From NCBI GenBank assembly GCA_017654855.1, contig CM030332.1:6138001-6202000 (forward strand): a DNA stretch of 64,000 nucleotides, in the 5' to 3' direction. A program made the position numbers and the translations under genes. The stretch's first letter is position 1; every line of letters begins with the position of its first letter. Under the pieces are notes generated by a model that saw only the letters and a program-made list of their open reading frames with translations, was not told the DNA's origin and did no database searches. Positions 35,301 through 48,469 of the stretch are shown piece by piece. The DNA comes from Podospora anserina. Its lineage: Eukaryota.

Positions 35301-37204
35301 GGCTACATCAAAGCTGGGGAGAGTCAGCCGCCAAGCAACGGGTATGCAGTGTCCTCCTTGCTCGGTTGCGTGTTTTTGACATGCCGCTCTTTGATGCCCT
35401 TATGGCAAAGTGGATTGCCTACCTGCGGACTCTGACCAATCGGCCCTCTATCGATCGCATCTTTCCTCTCCTGGTCTCGAACGGATGCCTAACGATGCCG
35501 ACGATACTCGCGTCAACATCAGACTCGTCTACACCGACACCAATCACCCGCGTCCCAACAGGCGGAGCCAGCTGGCCCCAGATTGTCCAGATCACCTACC
35601 GAACAAGGTACATGCAGGAGACGCTGAAACTGCTGATGAACCCGCTGCGGCCTGATTATGACCTGATCACGCCCGAGGAGATCTACCGCTTCACCAACCT
35701 CCAAGAGCAGGTTCTGAGGGAGAACCCCAAAGATATGCTTGCTCTCATTGGCTCAGCCATGGCCGAGTACTCCTTCGCGCGAGCTCAAAACGATACTCGG
35801 GGCCTTCCGCTCGATGACCCCATCATACAGGAACGTCTCTCGACACTGATCAAGCTCTTGGTGTTGAAAGACGCTGCTGGTGTTGGTCGTGCGTTGGCCG
35901 CCTGGGCAGCCAGAAGCCCAGATGGTTATGTTGGCAGTTGGATCGACAATATGACGACTAAACTCCTCCTTCCGTCGGCTGATAGACACACCCACATCAC
36001 CTTTGACCAAATCCTGGAGCTCACCAACGAGTTCACTTGGCCCTTTTGTCACCTCCAGCTCTTCCTCCAAACCTCGACGCCTCCAACTGACCAGAGCAAT
36101 AACCAACAAGCACCTGCAGCCGATAGGCAGCCGTCTACACTCGACTCCTTGACCAGCGCCATGGACAGGGCAATCGACAAGAAGAATCTGACCTGGGTGG
36201 GGATTGTGCTTTCGCTAAACGTGGAAGTGGTCCAGCAGCTCAAGGGCAGAGCCCAAAGCCGCTTCCTCGGGCTGATCCCATCTCCCCGGGAACCCCTTCC
36301 GGTCAACACAGCCGGCCCCGTACCGGAACAGTCGCTCCAAATGGCCGAGAACTTGCTATCTGTCATTGAAGCCCTCATGAGGGGCAGCCCACCCGGGGCA
36401 AGACAGCCGCAGCTTCCGCCAGAGGTTGTCATCAAGCTGTCTGACCTCTGGGAGCTCGTCGCCAACCCGGAGCTGGACCTCTCGGCCAAACAGCAGATCA
36501 TCACGCGGTGGCTGCCGCTGCTCCTAAACTTCATCACGCTGCACACCCAGGCCTTTGACGCGAGCAAGGCCTCTAGTGACATTCGCGCGCGACTGCTGGT
36601 TGTCTGCGCGGGTCTGATGCAGGAATTGGACGCGCTGCACGGACCGGGTGCTCATACTAGGGGGTTGGCGGCTAGGGTGTTTGACTTGGGGTGTGTGCTG
36701 AGTGATAATTTGCCCGAAGAGCAAAGGGGGCAGTGTGTGAGAGCGTTGTTTGGGACGGGGAGTGGCAATGGTGGGGGGGATGGGAGGTTGAGGTATTTGT
36801 TGAGCTGGGCGGGGAGTGGGAGCAATGGGTGTGAGGGGATTTGGGTTAGTGTTAGGGAACGGGGGAGGCAGGTGGCGATGGGGGGGCAGCAGCAGGGACA
36901 GGTGATGAAGGATGGGGTTGGCTTTGCGGTTGAGAAGTTGGCAGTTCCGGGGGGGTTATGGAGTGGGACGACGACGGCGACGCCGGGGGTGGTGGTGGGG
37001 GGGAACAATGGGGGACAACAGCAGCAACAACAGCAGCAGACTGTTGCTGGTGTTGGGGGAGGGGAGAGGTTGACGCCGTTTGGGATGAGGAAGTGGGATA
37101 TTGTTCATGTCCCTACTGGGGCGGTGGTGGAGAATGATACGGGGTTGGATTTGTCGCTTTTTGAGGCGAGGGGGCAGAAGGTTTGGCCTGCTAAACAGTT
37201 GTAG
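32332..37204 (+). CDS. MED12: Mediator kinase-module subunit Med12 (Srb8); intron 33778-33832
   Basis: Med12 N-terminal domain FRYPPRVTVTDTKRELWLKDLANP..LRRLARTIPHG..VWLIQCVGANE, plus ADFYPWMGNHPED and a C-terminal ENDTGLDLSLFEAR. The intron joins the two ORFs in frame (about 1605 aa). Confidence 0.93.
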
Positions 37205-40200
37205 TGGGGGTTGAAAGGGAAGGATATACTATACCCAATCGTGTTTTGTTCTTTTGTTTATGTTTGTTTAGGTAGTTTGGGGGGGAGAACGGGGAATGTG
37301 TTTTTTGCAAGTCCTACTTATCATGGCATGTTCTGCATGGTTGGGCGAGAGAGGATAGAAGATTTTCTGGACGGGATGGATGGTTTTATTCAGGATGGTT
37401 TAAGATAGGATGATGAAGAGGGAGAGATAGGATGGAAAGCACGAGATTCTTCTTCAACATAGCGCCGTGTATAGCAGCAAAATAAGAGGTTTGTTTCTAG
37501 TGTAGTGGAGTCTTTTGATTTGGCGGGGTTTTTTTCTTGTTCTTTTTTGACATAATATGGGAGGTTTACAGATATTCTTGGGGGAAAGGATTGGTTTGCC
37601 ATTGCTTGTTTTGTTGTGTAAAGGATTATGGAATGCGTGTATGTGGGTGTGTTGTGTTCAGAGAGATTATCCGGGTATGGGAAGGGCTGGTTAAGGGCTG
37701 GTTATGATAATGAAAGATGGATACTTTGCATAGCGAATGTTATGGACAATGGAAAGTTTGAGTTTTGTCTCGAGTTGTTGGATTGGGGTGGGATAGTGTA
37801 GTCTATGTGGTTGTGCGAGTGCCTGGATGACCGAGTCTTCTTGGCTAGGCACAATGAAGACTATCTCCGGGGCAGGAAAGTTCTTGTCATAGTTACCAGC
37901 TTGATGGGAAGGCAGAAAGTACACTATAACCAAGTTATTGGACCTGATTAGGCAGAGAGGTAATTCTGATCATTGGGTTCATCTGTTGGGCTAGAAGTAA
38001 GTAGGCGGTCATGTAGGTATGCCGCAGCGTCACCTTGCTTTGGAGTATAACCTGGCCGTACTTGATCTCACCAAGTTTCTCTGTTGTCCGCGTCTTCGAG
38101 CCACATGACGGGGTTTGCGTGTTATCTCCAGAGAGAACATAATGTATAGAGTGCCTTCACCTTTAGCAGCAAAAAAGATAACAACAAGAGGCATTCCTCT
38201 TTTGAAATACTCTATTCTTATACCATAAGCTTCAAGTTCTTCTACTAGATTTGCATTTGCTCTTTACAATTCCATTTTTCTCCACTCAAAGATGGCAGCT
38301 CTATGCATTGAACTCATATCAATTGTTGGAAAGCACCTACCTTCACCCAAAGCTAGTTGCTCTTCCTGGCTTGCACCACTTACAACTACAAAGTCAACAT
38401 TTTGCTACACTTAAGTATCAGTGGAGCAACTCAGAGTTACTTTACCAGAAACGCGATTCAGAGCAAGGCTCAAGGCAAGGGGGGCTCTCGCATCGCCAGC
38501 AATAAACTCGAACCCGCCAACAAAACCCGCCCCTACCCGCCCCTTGTCCCGTCCTTCCCGCGCCCTCCTTGTGCTGGTCCTTGTTTTTCTCACATGTTGA
38601 TGTCAGAACTTGCATTCTTCAACCCTGAAGCAGACAATATTTCCCATGTACCGCATCGCTTCGATTGTCAAGCAAAAACCTTACTGTTTAGGTTACATGT
38701 CAACAGAAGGATACCTCAGCCAAAGTCTACAGACGTCGATTTTCCCTCCAGGACAGCCTCATTTTCCCCCAGTCTACATACCCTACCATTCAGTCTCCAT
38801 CTCCTGCAAGGTATGTAAGAAAGTAGGTAGCAAACCCGTAGCTACGCCCTACCCCTACCTCTCTCCCCCCCCCCTCCTTCCCGCCCCCTGCCCCTGACAT
38901 ATCGCTGACCCGCCTTCTTGCATATCCAAAGCCCACACCGCCGTTACGGCGAAGGATTCTATATGGACAGGGGTAGGTGTGCGGATTAGCATATCAAGAG
39001 CAACCACGATGATAAACATCAAGTTCAAAAGGATGATGAGCTGGTCAGCAGCTCCGTTGTATTCATGCAGGTGGGGAGGGATGTTTGGATGTGACGTGGT
39101 GGACTTTGTGAGGACTCGGGGGTTCTGCCTGCTTAAGCTAGGTGAGAACAGCCAGCTGTTGTTGAGGTTGTGTTTGTTTACCTACCTTTGTTGTGCTGGT
39201 ACGGATGTGTGAGTTGTTTCCCTGATGCTAGTGTGCTGGCCGGCCCCCAGGCTGATAGTCAAGACTCGATGGGGTATATGGTACATCGTTACAAAGCAAG
39301 CCGGGGTTTTTATCGATCGCAAGAACGTCCAGCAGGTGCATGATGCTGTTTGAAGGTTCTTAGAATTCTTAGTAGTCACTCGGTCTCGTTCAGTAATAGA
39401 TAGGTACCGTCGAGAGAGCAGACAATCTGCTTTGGAACAGTCCCTTCAAAAATGACATCACAGAAGGGGTCCAGAGTTCATCGTAGAAAAAAAAAGGGAA
39501 CCCGACCTTGCATATCGATTGTGAAACGACCCTGAATATTCTCCTTCATCGCCCCAGAATTTCCTTCTGACAAACCAGGCGGCATGAGGAACAGGTACCT
39601 TTTTGTGCATTCAACGAGTTCTGGGCACGTCGAGGATTGTTTGCCTACCTACAGCGATAGGTAAGATGGACTGCACCCTTTAGAGAGGACAGCCACACCT
39701 ACCTAGGTGGTAGAAAGTCATAATAGCAGCCTGGTATATGGGTCCAACCTCCTCTGGCTGCAAGGACAATAGAGATAAGTCATGTAGGATGGATGGAAAA
39801 AGACAAAAAGAAACAGATGAGCCCGATCCCTCTCCGCGCCGCAATTTACCATTTGATCCCATCCTATCACCTTTTGCCTTTCCCAAACCCGCAAACCGAT
39901 GAGCAAAACCTGATCTGAATATCCAAACCTACAGCCTGAGAGCACTCTGGCCATCCGATCCAGGCTCCGGAAACCTCAACCCATCGATCTCAAGATAAAA
40001 CCTCCCCCCCAAAAAATACGAGAGGTTTGTATCTTTTTTTTTCTTGCGGTGTGTGTTTGTGTGAGATGTAAGATGAAATCTGCAGCATGTATGTATGTCT
40101 GGCCATGAGAAAAGGCCGATATAAAAAAGATGCAAACTGACGTTGACAAGAGACAAACACTCACCTTCGAAAATGCCGTGGAATCTTCGGCCCCTGACAT

Positions 40201-40468
40201 ATATCATCAAACGCTGAGGCTACAGGTATATGCATTTTAGCCATCGAAACTTTTTATGAGACTCTTTCCCCCCCTGGGATGGATTGATAATCAGTGAGTA
40301 AAAGAAAAAAAATAAAAAAGGCGAGAGACATCATCTTCTTCGTCTCAGCAATGTCCAAGACATTTAGAGACAACCACATCCCCGAACCGGCCGATACGGC
40401 ACCCAGCAAAAAACAAAACACGTTTTCTTCCTGACCGTTCGTTCGTGCCAATTCTCTGGGGCTTTCAC

Positions 40469-40469
40469 T

Positions 40470-40516
<47 letters not shown>
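40469..40516. repeat. 48-nt poly(T) tract with a single C
   Basis: Directly visible. Confidence 0.9.
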
Positions 40517-40519
<3 letters not shown>

Positions 40520-43500
40520 TTTCCTCAGAGAGAAACAGTGGCGTTTTGTTTCTTGGAAGGGGGAAAAGCAAGTGTTTGGTGATACAAGATGACGATGAAG
40601 AGAGCTGTGCTGTAGTAAGCCTTTCAGTTTAAAAGTAAACCAAGACATTACGGTGCTTCCAATGTCTTCAAAGCTGACCTCCCCCCACGAGGTTGCCGAT
40701 CGTTCCCCCCAAGAAGCCGAATATGTGTGGCGTTCTGTTCAGGCAGCATGGTCACGGTGAGAGAAAACCTTCACCGCAGCTTTGGGAATTTTTTGTCCCC
40801 CCCTCCCCCCCCCCTTCCGTGCGTTTCGTGTGTGGCTTGTCAGAATGATTCAATCAGACAGACCCTGAGTTTTGTCCTCCCCCTCATAAACGTGTCACTT
40901 GTATCACAGGCCGGTCTTCTTTGTACACAGTACTTGTGTCGAAACAGGTCCGAATTCATGAGAAGGAGAGGGCATGGCAAAAAATACAATCAAAAAATAA
41001 AATAAAAAGAAGGCTGGCTCTACACGCATATTATAGGTAAGTGAGGTATGTATGGCCTCGGGTAGCTGCATTCTCCTCCCCTGCCACACCGGGCCTCATG
41101 CTGTTGTTTCTAACCGGTCGGTGAGGCTGCTAGTTCCTCTTTCCTATCTTCATCACGGTGAGCACATCGATTGGCTAACACAAAAGAAAAAGTCGACAGC
41201 CCAATTCAAGCCACACAACGGAAGCACGCACCCCCCCCATCCTGTTGCCGGTTGCTCGACTGGAAATTGTAACGAGGACGTCATGTGCCCCCAGCGGTGG
41301 ATGACTCTCAAATCTTGAGGGGAGGGGGGGGGGGGCAATCGCCAAAGGTTCAAAAGTCTACCATGACTTTCATCTTTTCAAGGTATCATGGAGGTTGATA
41401 AAGTATTTCCCCCATTATCAGAATCTTATCAAGCCCACACCGTCCCTGTCACCTACGCCCGCTCCCGACTGTGGTATTCTACAAGGGATGCTGCTGCGGG
41501 ATATGGCAGGGAAAAGCGTGTGGTGTAACCACATCCAGTGGCTATCCTTGACCAAACAGCAGCAACGCAAACAAGGCCTGAAAGCTTCCTCAGCCAAACA
41601 TAGGTACCATAAGGCTGGAGTGCTCCCACGATAGTCTTTAAAAAAAAACATGGTGTACATCGATACTGCCTGTACCTACAGTCCCATATCGACCCTCAAT
41701 AGTATTGACATCACCATCCCAAATGAACTCCAATCTTGGCAAAATCGACCACTCCCTCCTCAGATTACGTAGCATTTTCGGCTCTCCTACCGAAAGGGAA
41801 GAATGTGATTTATCCGTAACGAGCAAGTTGTTTTTTTTTTTTTTTCAAGATGAGTTTGGGCCAGAAATAGAAGAGGCTGGCTTTCTCATAAACTCACAAA
41901 ATAACACCGTATCATCCATCCATCATGCGGTTCCCGCAGATTGATGACCCAGCCCCAAAGTAGCGCACTGACTGTGATGTAGCTCTGAGTTCATGCCTCT
42001 GGCTGATTGAGGGAGAGGTTGGCCCACTGCAGTGAAATGAAGTCTTTCTTGGAGTTGCATTTTTTCTTTTTGTCTTTATGACTGATCAAAACTGTGTTGC
42101 CTGGAATAGTTGTCCATCATCTCCAATAAACGAGAGATATCTGCTGGCGGTTGTTGCACCTATGTCGAAGCATAATGTTTCTTGAAAGGGCCAAGCGAAG
42201 CGCTCTCGGCGAGCTCCCGCTGGACCATGCAGGTTGGCGACAGGGGGCCTGGTATGTACATGATACGGGGGGTGCCTTGAGAACAACGACATATCTTTTT
42301 GAATCTCACCTGAAAATCCGAACGGATATATAAGAACCAACTCGAATTGTGGATAACCTTTACCTCATCATTTGAGACATACTTCGGATAATAATCTTCG
42401 TTGGCGTCGAGGACGGGCAAAGCTCTCGTCGTGTACGGATACTGTCGACTGCGCTTTGGGCTTGAAGAAACGGTTTGACCAGGAGTGGAAGAAGTTTCCG
42501 GAAAACCAGGTTCGCTCGCTTGCTGGGGAACTGTGCTAGGGTAATGAAAGGGGCATGGGGCGCGTCCCAGCACACATCCTTCGAGATCTCAGCGCGGGTC
42601 AGCACTGAACCCGGTGTGTGACGAGGAACATTCAGCACACACAACAGGGCGGCCGCCCACACTTTTCCGTGGTTGAGGTGAGGGGAAGACTTGTCCACAC
42701 CACCGGGGCGTGCCCCCAGATCTGCGCGCGTGATATTTCAATGCTGTGAGTGAGGAAAGATAGGTGACGAGACGCTTAGCTTCCGATTGATGGACATGAT
42801 CACTGGGTGGGGCGTGTTTGAGTTCCGGGTATGACCGGTCTCATTGGGCCATATTCTTGTCTTCTGAGGGAGAGGCCATCCTTCGAGAATGTCGACTTGA
42901 CTTCCCGCTCTGCTTGGCGTCATGGTTTGCCTCTGCTCTGCATTGCTGTCGCTGCCGGTGACAGTGCCAGGATAATTAGTGTCGATAACTTGGGAATTAG
43001 CGCCGCTTTTCCAGGGTTTGTGCAACTTGTGAAGAGCACGTCGTCCTTTCAAGATTCTCGGGAGTCGGGAGCGAGTCGGGACGAGGGCCAGGTACCGCTG
43101 TCCTTGAAGCTCTTGACAGGATCCTAAGCCAGGGACAAGAAGGGTCCAACAAGGATGGCGGCGGGGAGGAAATATTCTGTTCTTGTAACGTTTTCTTGAC
43201 TGCCGAGATACTTGGTGATAATTGCTTACAGCATGGTTGCCAGCCGAAAGGTTATTCTTGGGAGTCTCCTGTTTCGTTTCCAGTGACTGTTCAATTAATG
43301 CAAGAGAGGGCCGAGATGGGTGTGGCTTGATCGGCCCTACTTGCGTAAAGCTCGCGGTGCTGATTGGGCAAAGCAGGCGCACCAGCCACTGGTTCCCTCA
43401 ACAGGCTCAGTTTCGTCATTTCTTCAGCGTCTCATTTCCCAAGTCCCAAACTGATGGGACCATCACGTTAGACGTAGCAAAACCTAACCGCTTTCTGACT

Positions 43501-46440
43501 GGTCGGTTGCTGAGTTGGCTCACCGTGAAAAGAGAGGTCCGATAGGTGTTCACCGCTCGAGAAATTGCTTCGCTGTTCATCATCAATGATGAGCTAGGCC
43601 GAGACCAGGAATGCACCGCAACGTATCCGAGAGTCCACTTCGCCGTAGGTGGATTGGTAGGTCGGTAAGGTGGGCGGCGGGTAGCGGTGGGCGGGATATG
43701 GACCGCGGAGCTTCCGGAAGCCTGCCGGCTGTCCACCGAGAAAAAAACTGCAACTCACAGCTTCACTTTTTTCCGCGTAATTTCTTCTGAGGCAGCGGCT
43801 GCGTTTCCGCGCCTAGTTTGCACGAAGTGCTCCGTAGCTGTTGAATATCGCTCGTGTTGAGCCATCTCCTGAGCACCCAGTTTTTCTGTCGACGAACGGC
43901 ACAGCGTTTCCTCCCTCCATTCTCGGCTTCGCTGCGGCGGGAGGCGTGCATTATCATAAGACCCCCCCCCTCCCCACCATCACTCTCTGTGCGTCCCGCT
44001 GCAGCACAACTGAGCCATTTCGAAAGTGCGCCCCAAGCGCCTTGCATCTCTGCAAGAGGGATGTGCATGTCGCAAACTACATCTCTGGTGATGTACAATG
44101 TGCTCGCATGCTTTTCCCTCATCCAGGTATGCCCGTATTGACCCTATCTTTGCGCTATCACCAAGAGCCGCTTGTCATGCGCATTGCTCTGCTGTTTCGA
44201 TCATGTTTCCAGTGGAAACCGAGCGTCTGATTGGTTGGGCTGGAGGATCAGATCAGATGGCAGCCAGTTGACCGCTCCCCGACCAGAAATAGGCAGGTTG
44301 ATGACTTTTCCAGTCCGCGGAGCGAAGCCGGGCAATAGTTCAGTTCCTGGCACGCCAATCCCATCCATCCAGTCACCGTTCCCTCGGCGCGGGAAATAAC
44401 CTGGGACCTCTCTGGGCTGTCTGTCTTGTCTGTCTGTCTTCTCCAGGTCGCTCTGCGTATCATCCAGTCCTGGGTGAATTGCTCTTTATTATCCCACCAA
44501 CCGTGGTGTGTTGGTTGATGTCGGCCACCGTGGTTGTTTTATATCCAGTCACTTTTATGTACTTTGTCTTGCCCGTCGAGACAAGCTCTTGTTGCCGGAC
44601 CTCCTCCCTGCCCTCCCTGCCCACGTCAACCCGTCCAACCCGTCCCCTCGGTTCTGTGCTAAAATCCCACTCGAACCCCCCCTGCGCAGAAGAAGCCGAA
44701 GCAGCCACCAAGCCCCCCCCTCGACACACCCAATTACCACATAATCTTCCCTGCCTCCCCCAATTTTTAACCTTGTGTACCTTTTCCCCCTCCCGCCAGA
44801 TCCCAGACGGCGACCAGGGCTGTCGTCGAATGCAAGGACCGCGAGACCGGGCTTGCACAAGAGACGTCTCCAAGAACCCGAAGAAGCTCACCCCCCTAGC
44901 TTTCTGCCCCTGGTGACCACCCCTCACCACCCCATCATTGCAAGGATTCTCAGGGCACCCACGGCACCCAAGCTCCCCCCCTCGTCCCTCTCCACCCGTC
45001 TGGGCAGCCCATCTGCAACCGGCCCAACGGTCGAGAGACAACCTCATCCTTGCCCCTGCAGTCCGTCTGTTTTTCACAATTCCCATCTTCAAACCTCTCG
45101 ATCACAGTTCGCAGCCTGTTTGAAGCACTACCTACCTTCGTATATTTTTTTTGAGGGTGGGTTTTTGGCTGCTTTTGATCATTATCATCATTACCATTTT
45201 GAGAGTCACATATCCGCGAACTAGCTCAGCTCAACCTCAACGTGTCATTCTTTAGCCTTACCTTGACGGCTTTCAAGAACAACACCGCTCGAGTTGCTGG
45301 GTCAAAACAGTATCTTTACCTACTAACCGCAACATATATATCATATATCTCTATCTCTGTTAGTTGTTCAACTGTCGGTTTATTCTCGTTTGCTCTTGCC
45401 TTGTGAGGGCCTCATTCTACATGCTGCCAGTGTGCCGCAAGCCATTGTCAAACGCCACTTGCTTGGACGGGCGAAGAGCTGATCGGATATAGACTCGGAG
45501 CTTTTTTTCTCCCCGATCGCGTCCTCGTGCTCACAGCTTGATTTCTTTTTTCTGGTCAGTCCATCTCTTTCATCCTCTCCCTCACCGAGGTGTGTGTCGG
45601 TGTAGCATCGCGGCCTCGCTATTCCCCCTGTCAACATCCTCCAATCTTCCCCAAATCCTATCCAAAATTCCCGACCAGGCCGCTTCACGTGTCTGCGTGC
45701 AGCAGCGTGTCTTGTCTCCCCCCCCACACACACTGACCCCTGCATGGGTGATGACCCAAGTACCACGAAAAATAAAAGCAATTCAGCGCCTTGACGGCGG
45801 CGCTCGCCCTCTTGTCGAAAAGAACCAAGGCTTGCTTCTTGCAGGTAGCAAACCTGCGCTTACCACATTTCGCAAAAGCAAACAGTTTTTCTTTCTTTCT
45901 TTCTTGCTTTCTTTCTTCACGTTGTCGTCACTCTCACCTGCCTACCTTACATACATGTGGGCGCGACTGGGAATTACCTAACACATTGCCGTACTCGACC
46001 GTTTTTCCACCGTTGCACCTTTCGCGTCCCACGCCACTGAATCCACAGGGACGGAACACCCAGAAAACGCTTGGTTGACAATACGAAGGGGAGTAGCAGA
46101 CTACCGGTGTGTACTGCGTGTTTCGTTTCGTTTCTTTTTTACACCTTTGTCATCAGCCATCGCCTTGTGTTTCCCCGAGCCCATATCTGTGCATACCTAC
46201 AAAAGACGTCGCGTGTTGAATGGCGAGTGACGGCATGTCGATTCACCCTTTCGGATCTCTTACTGCAGGGTCTTCTTCAGTCGCTTCTGTCTCCTCTCCT
46301 CGTGGTGTCGAGGTTGGCAGGCGTGGGAAGTGTGGCCGTTAATCTGAGACCTTGCACCTCGCGCTAAGCAGTTTGTGCTGATTTTTGACTGCGGTGTAAC
46401 CCAGTGGCCGACGCGCATTTCTTCCCACCATCATCCCTGT

Positions 46441-48469
46441 TCAAATAGCAAGGTCCTGTCCAACAGGCCCCCCTTTCATCCGAACTTTTTCAAAGACGCA
46501 CACCTTCAAACCATCTCGTTGCGCGCGCGTTCCTAATACCATATCCAAAGGCCTTGTCAACCTTCGAGGTAAACTTGAGATCCGGCCGCGCCACCATCTC
46601 GACAGGAGCAACAGTCTCGAATACTCGTCTTGCGTCGCGCGCATCGCACAACACCGCAAGCTGCCGTTTGCATTGCAGAGGTGAGTTCATCGCAATACTC
46701 TCGGGTTTCCCCCATCAGCCAGAAAACCCTCCAACGACTAGGACATGCCCTGGACCGACCGAGCTCTGGATCACCACGTCCAGCCTATGTGTGTGTGTGC
46801 GGTTGTCGACATTCAGGATGACGATGCTGCCGCCCAGGGCATGGGTGCGATTCGACATGGGCTTCAATACAATTGCATCGTTGCATATGGCTAACCTCTT
46901 TGTTGAAAGGCATCCCGTTTCTCTTTTCCAAGGCAAGTTGATCTTGTGGCCGGTCCCATGTCTTCCATGCGCGCATCGGCTTGATGCTGCATCCTCGATC
47001 CCGCCAAGTGGTGTCACAAACATCACCATCGCCGACCATCTATCAACTTTCACCCGAAGGTTCAGAACATTGTCGATGGTTCCTGCCATCCGATTTTGTC
47101 GCCCTTGCTGTCACTGCACGCGCTGCCATATTGCATCATAGCATATGCTCCTTGCAGCATGGGCCTGGTTTATCCCTTCCCACAGCTGCAACGCATCGAG
47201 TCTCCTTCCATTGGATTATACGTTGACATATTCGCGGACGACGAGGCTAACAAGGCGGCAGGCGTTGCAGATCCATCGGTTCGAAAGAGACGGACGTGAG
47301 CAAGCAAGAGCAACCGCGACTTACAAGCAATTACAAAGGGTACGTCTTTGTGAGCCGGTGGGTTTTTCTTTTTATAAAGTCAAGCACGTGGTTCAAGCAC
47401 CTCAACGGTCTGAACCCGAGTGACTGGATTTGGTGGCCCGTTAGACGTCGCTTCCCCCAGCCCTTTTTTTTTCTTCCCACAACGTACACACCGTCCAACC
47501 GAAAAAGCTACCAAGCGACTGGACTTCTGGGAAACGAGGTCTAACTTTGCGCTACGCGACGTTCAGAACGCGTTATCAGGGAAATTCTATTTCGGGACAT
47601 TTGAGGTAATAGCCAAGGTACGTGCATATCACTTTTCCCCATCACCTCAGGCAGCACCCGTCGCACTTGTCGGCCATGTTTGTTCAAGGCAAATCATATT
47701 GGGCGTGCTCTGGTGCACCACCCGTTCGGAAATCGTACCAGGGTCTGGTGTCACACTCAGCGCGATCCCGTTTCAATCTCGGCAATGTTCCACCCTAGTC
47801 CCCCTTCTGTCCTTGCATGAAGCGTTGGGAAATTTTGCTACATGCGAGACCCCTTGGCTTTTGCTGCTTTTTATTTCGTTTTATATTGGTATCTTCAGGC
47901 CCAAGGGGCGCGGTGCGTTCGGATCGAGACTAACTTGCTGGCCTGTTTTTCCCCATTTCTTCTAGAACGCCGCACTGCCGACCGCCTTTCACAATCTCAA
48001 GCCCATCCTTGCCAGCAGCGCGTTTGGCCCGCACCTACTAAAAACCTCGACCTTTTCCCCAGAACATCGTGTGCTTCCCCGGCCGAACAAACAAGACCGC
48101 ACGCACCGATCCCGAGACCGCACTATCGTGGTAACGGCGCCGAATTTATCTGTGAGTAGATCTCCATTGCATCCGTCTCCCGAATCTCTATCCGCGCCTT
48201 TCTCGTGCCATGGCCAGCCACGGTCGCGTCGTTCACGGCAAGCCAGGCGGGTGCACGGGTCCCTGGCCACACAACCTGGTTTACTTGTCGCCAGTTTGGC
48301 AGGCGTTCCTGGCAGACGATCAACCCAGGTCCGCTGTGTGTTCCACAACCAGCGAGGTCATCGCGACACACGCACGCACGCACGCACACACAGAGAGAGC
48401 CGACTTGGACTAACATCTCCCCCTCCCCACAGAGAAACCCTTACAGCACTTTGAAGACGAGCATACCCT
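46441..48469 (+). other. Predicted spliced 5' leader of the downstream gene: exons ending at 46680, 47567-47617, 47966-48151 and starting at 48433
   Basis: Consecutive canonical donors GTGAGT (46681), GTACGT (47618) and GTGAGT (48152). Each pairs with a CTAAC branch plus YAG acceptor (47566, 47965, 48432). The predicted exons contain no ATG until 48470. The 5' boundary is uncertain. Confidence 0.6.

Noticed and set aside
38357-38930. ORF ending at a GTATGT donor (38811) with a downstream CTGAC
   Set aside because: No convincing protein features or continuing exon; insufficient support.
40469-40516. Poly(T) tract as the tail of a retroposed element
   Set aside because: No target-site duplication or adjacent LINE/SINE body seen; homopolymer tracts are common throughout the window.
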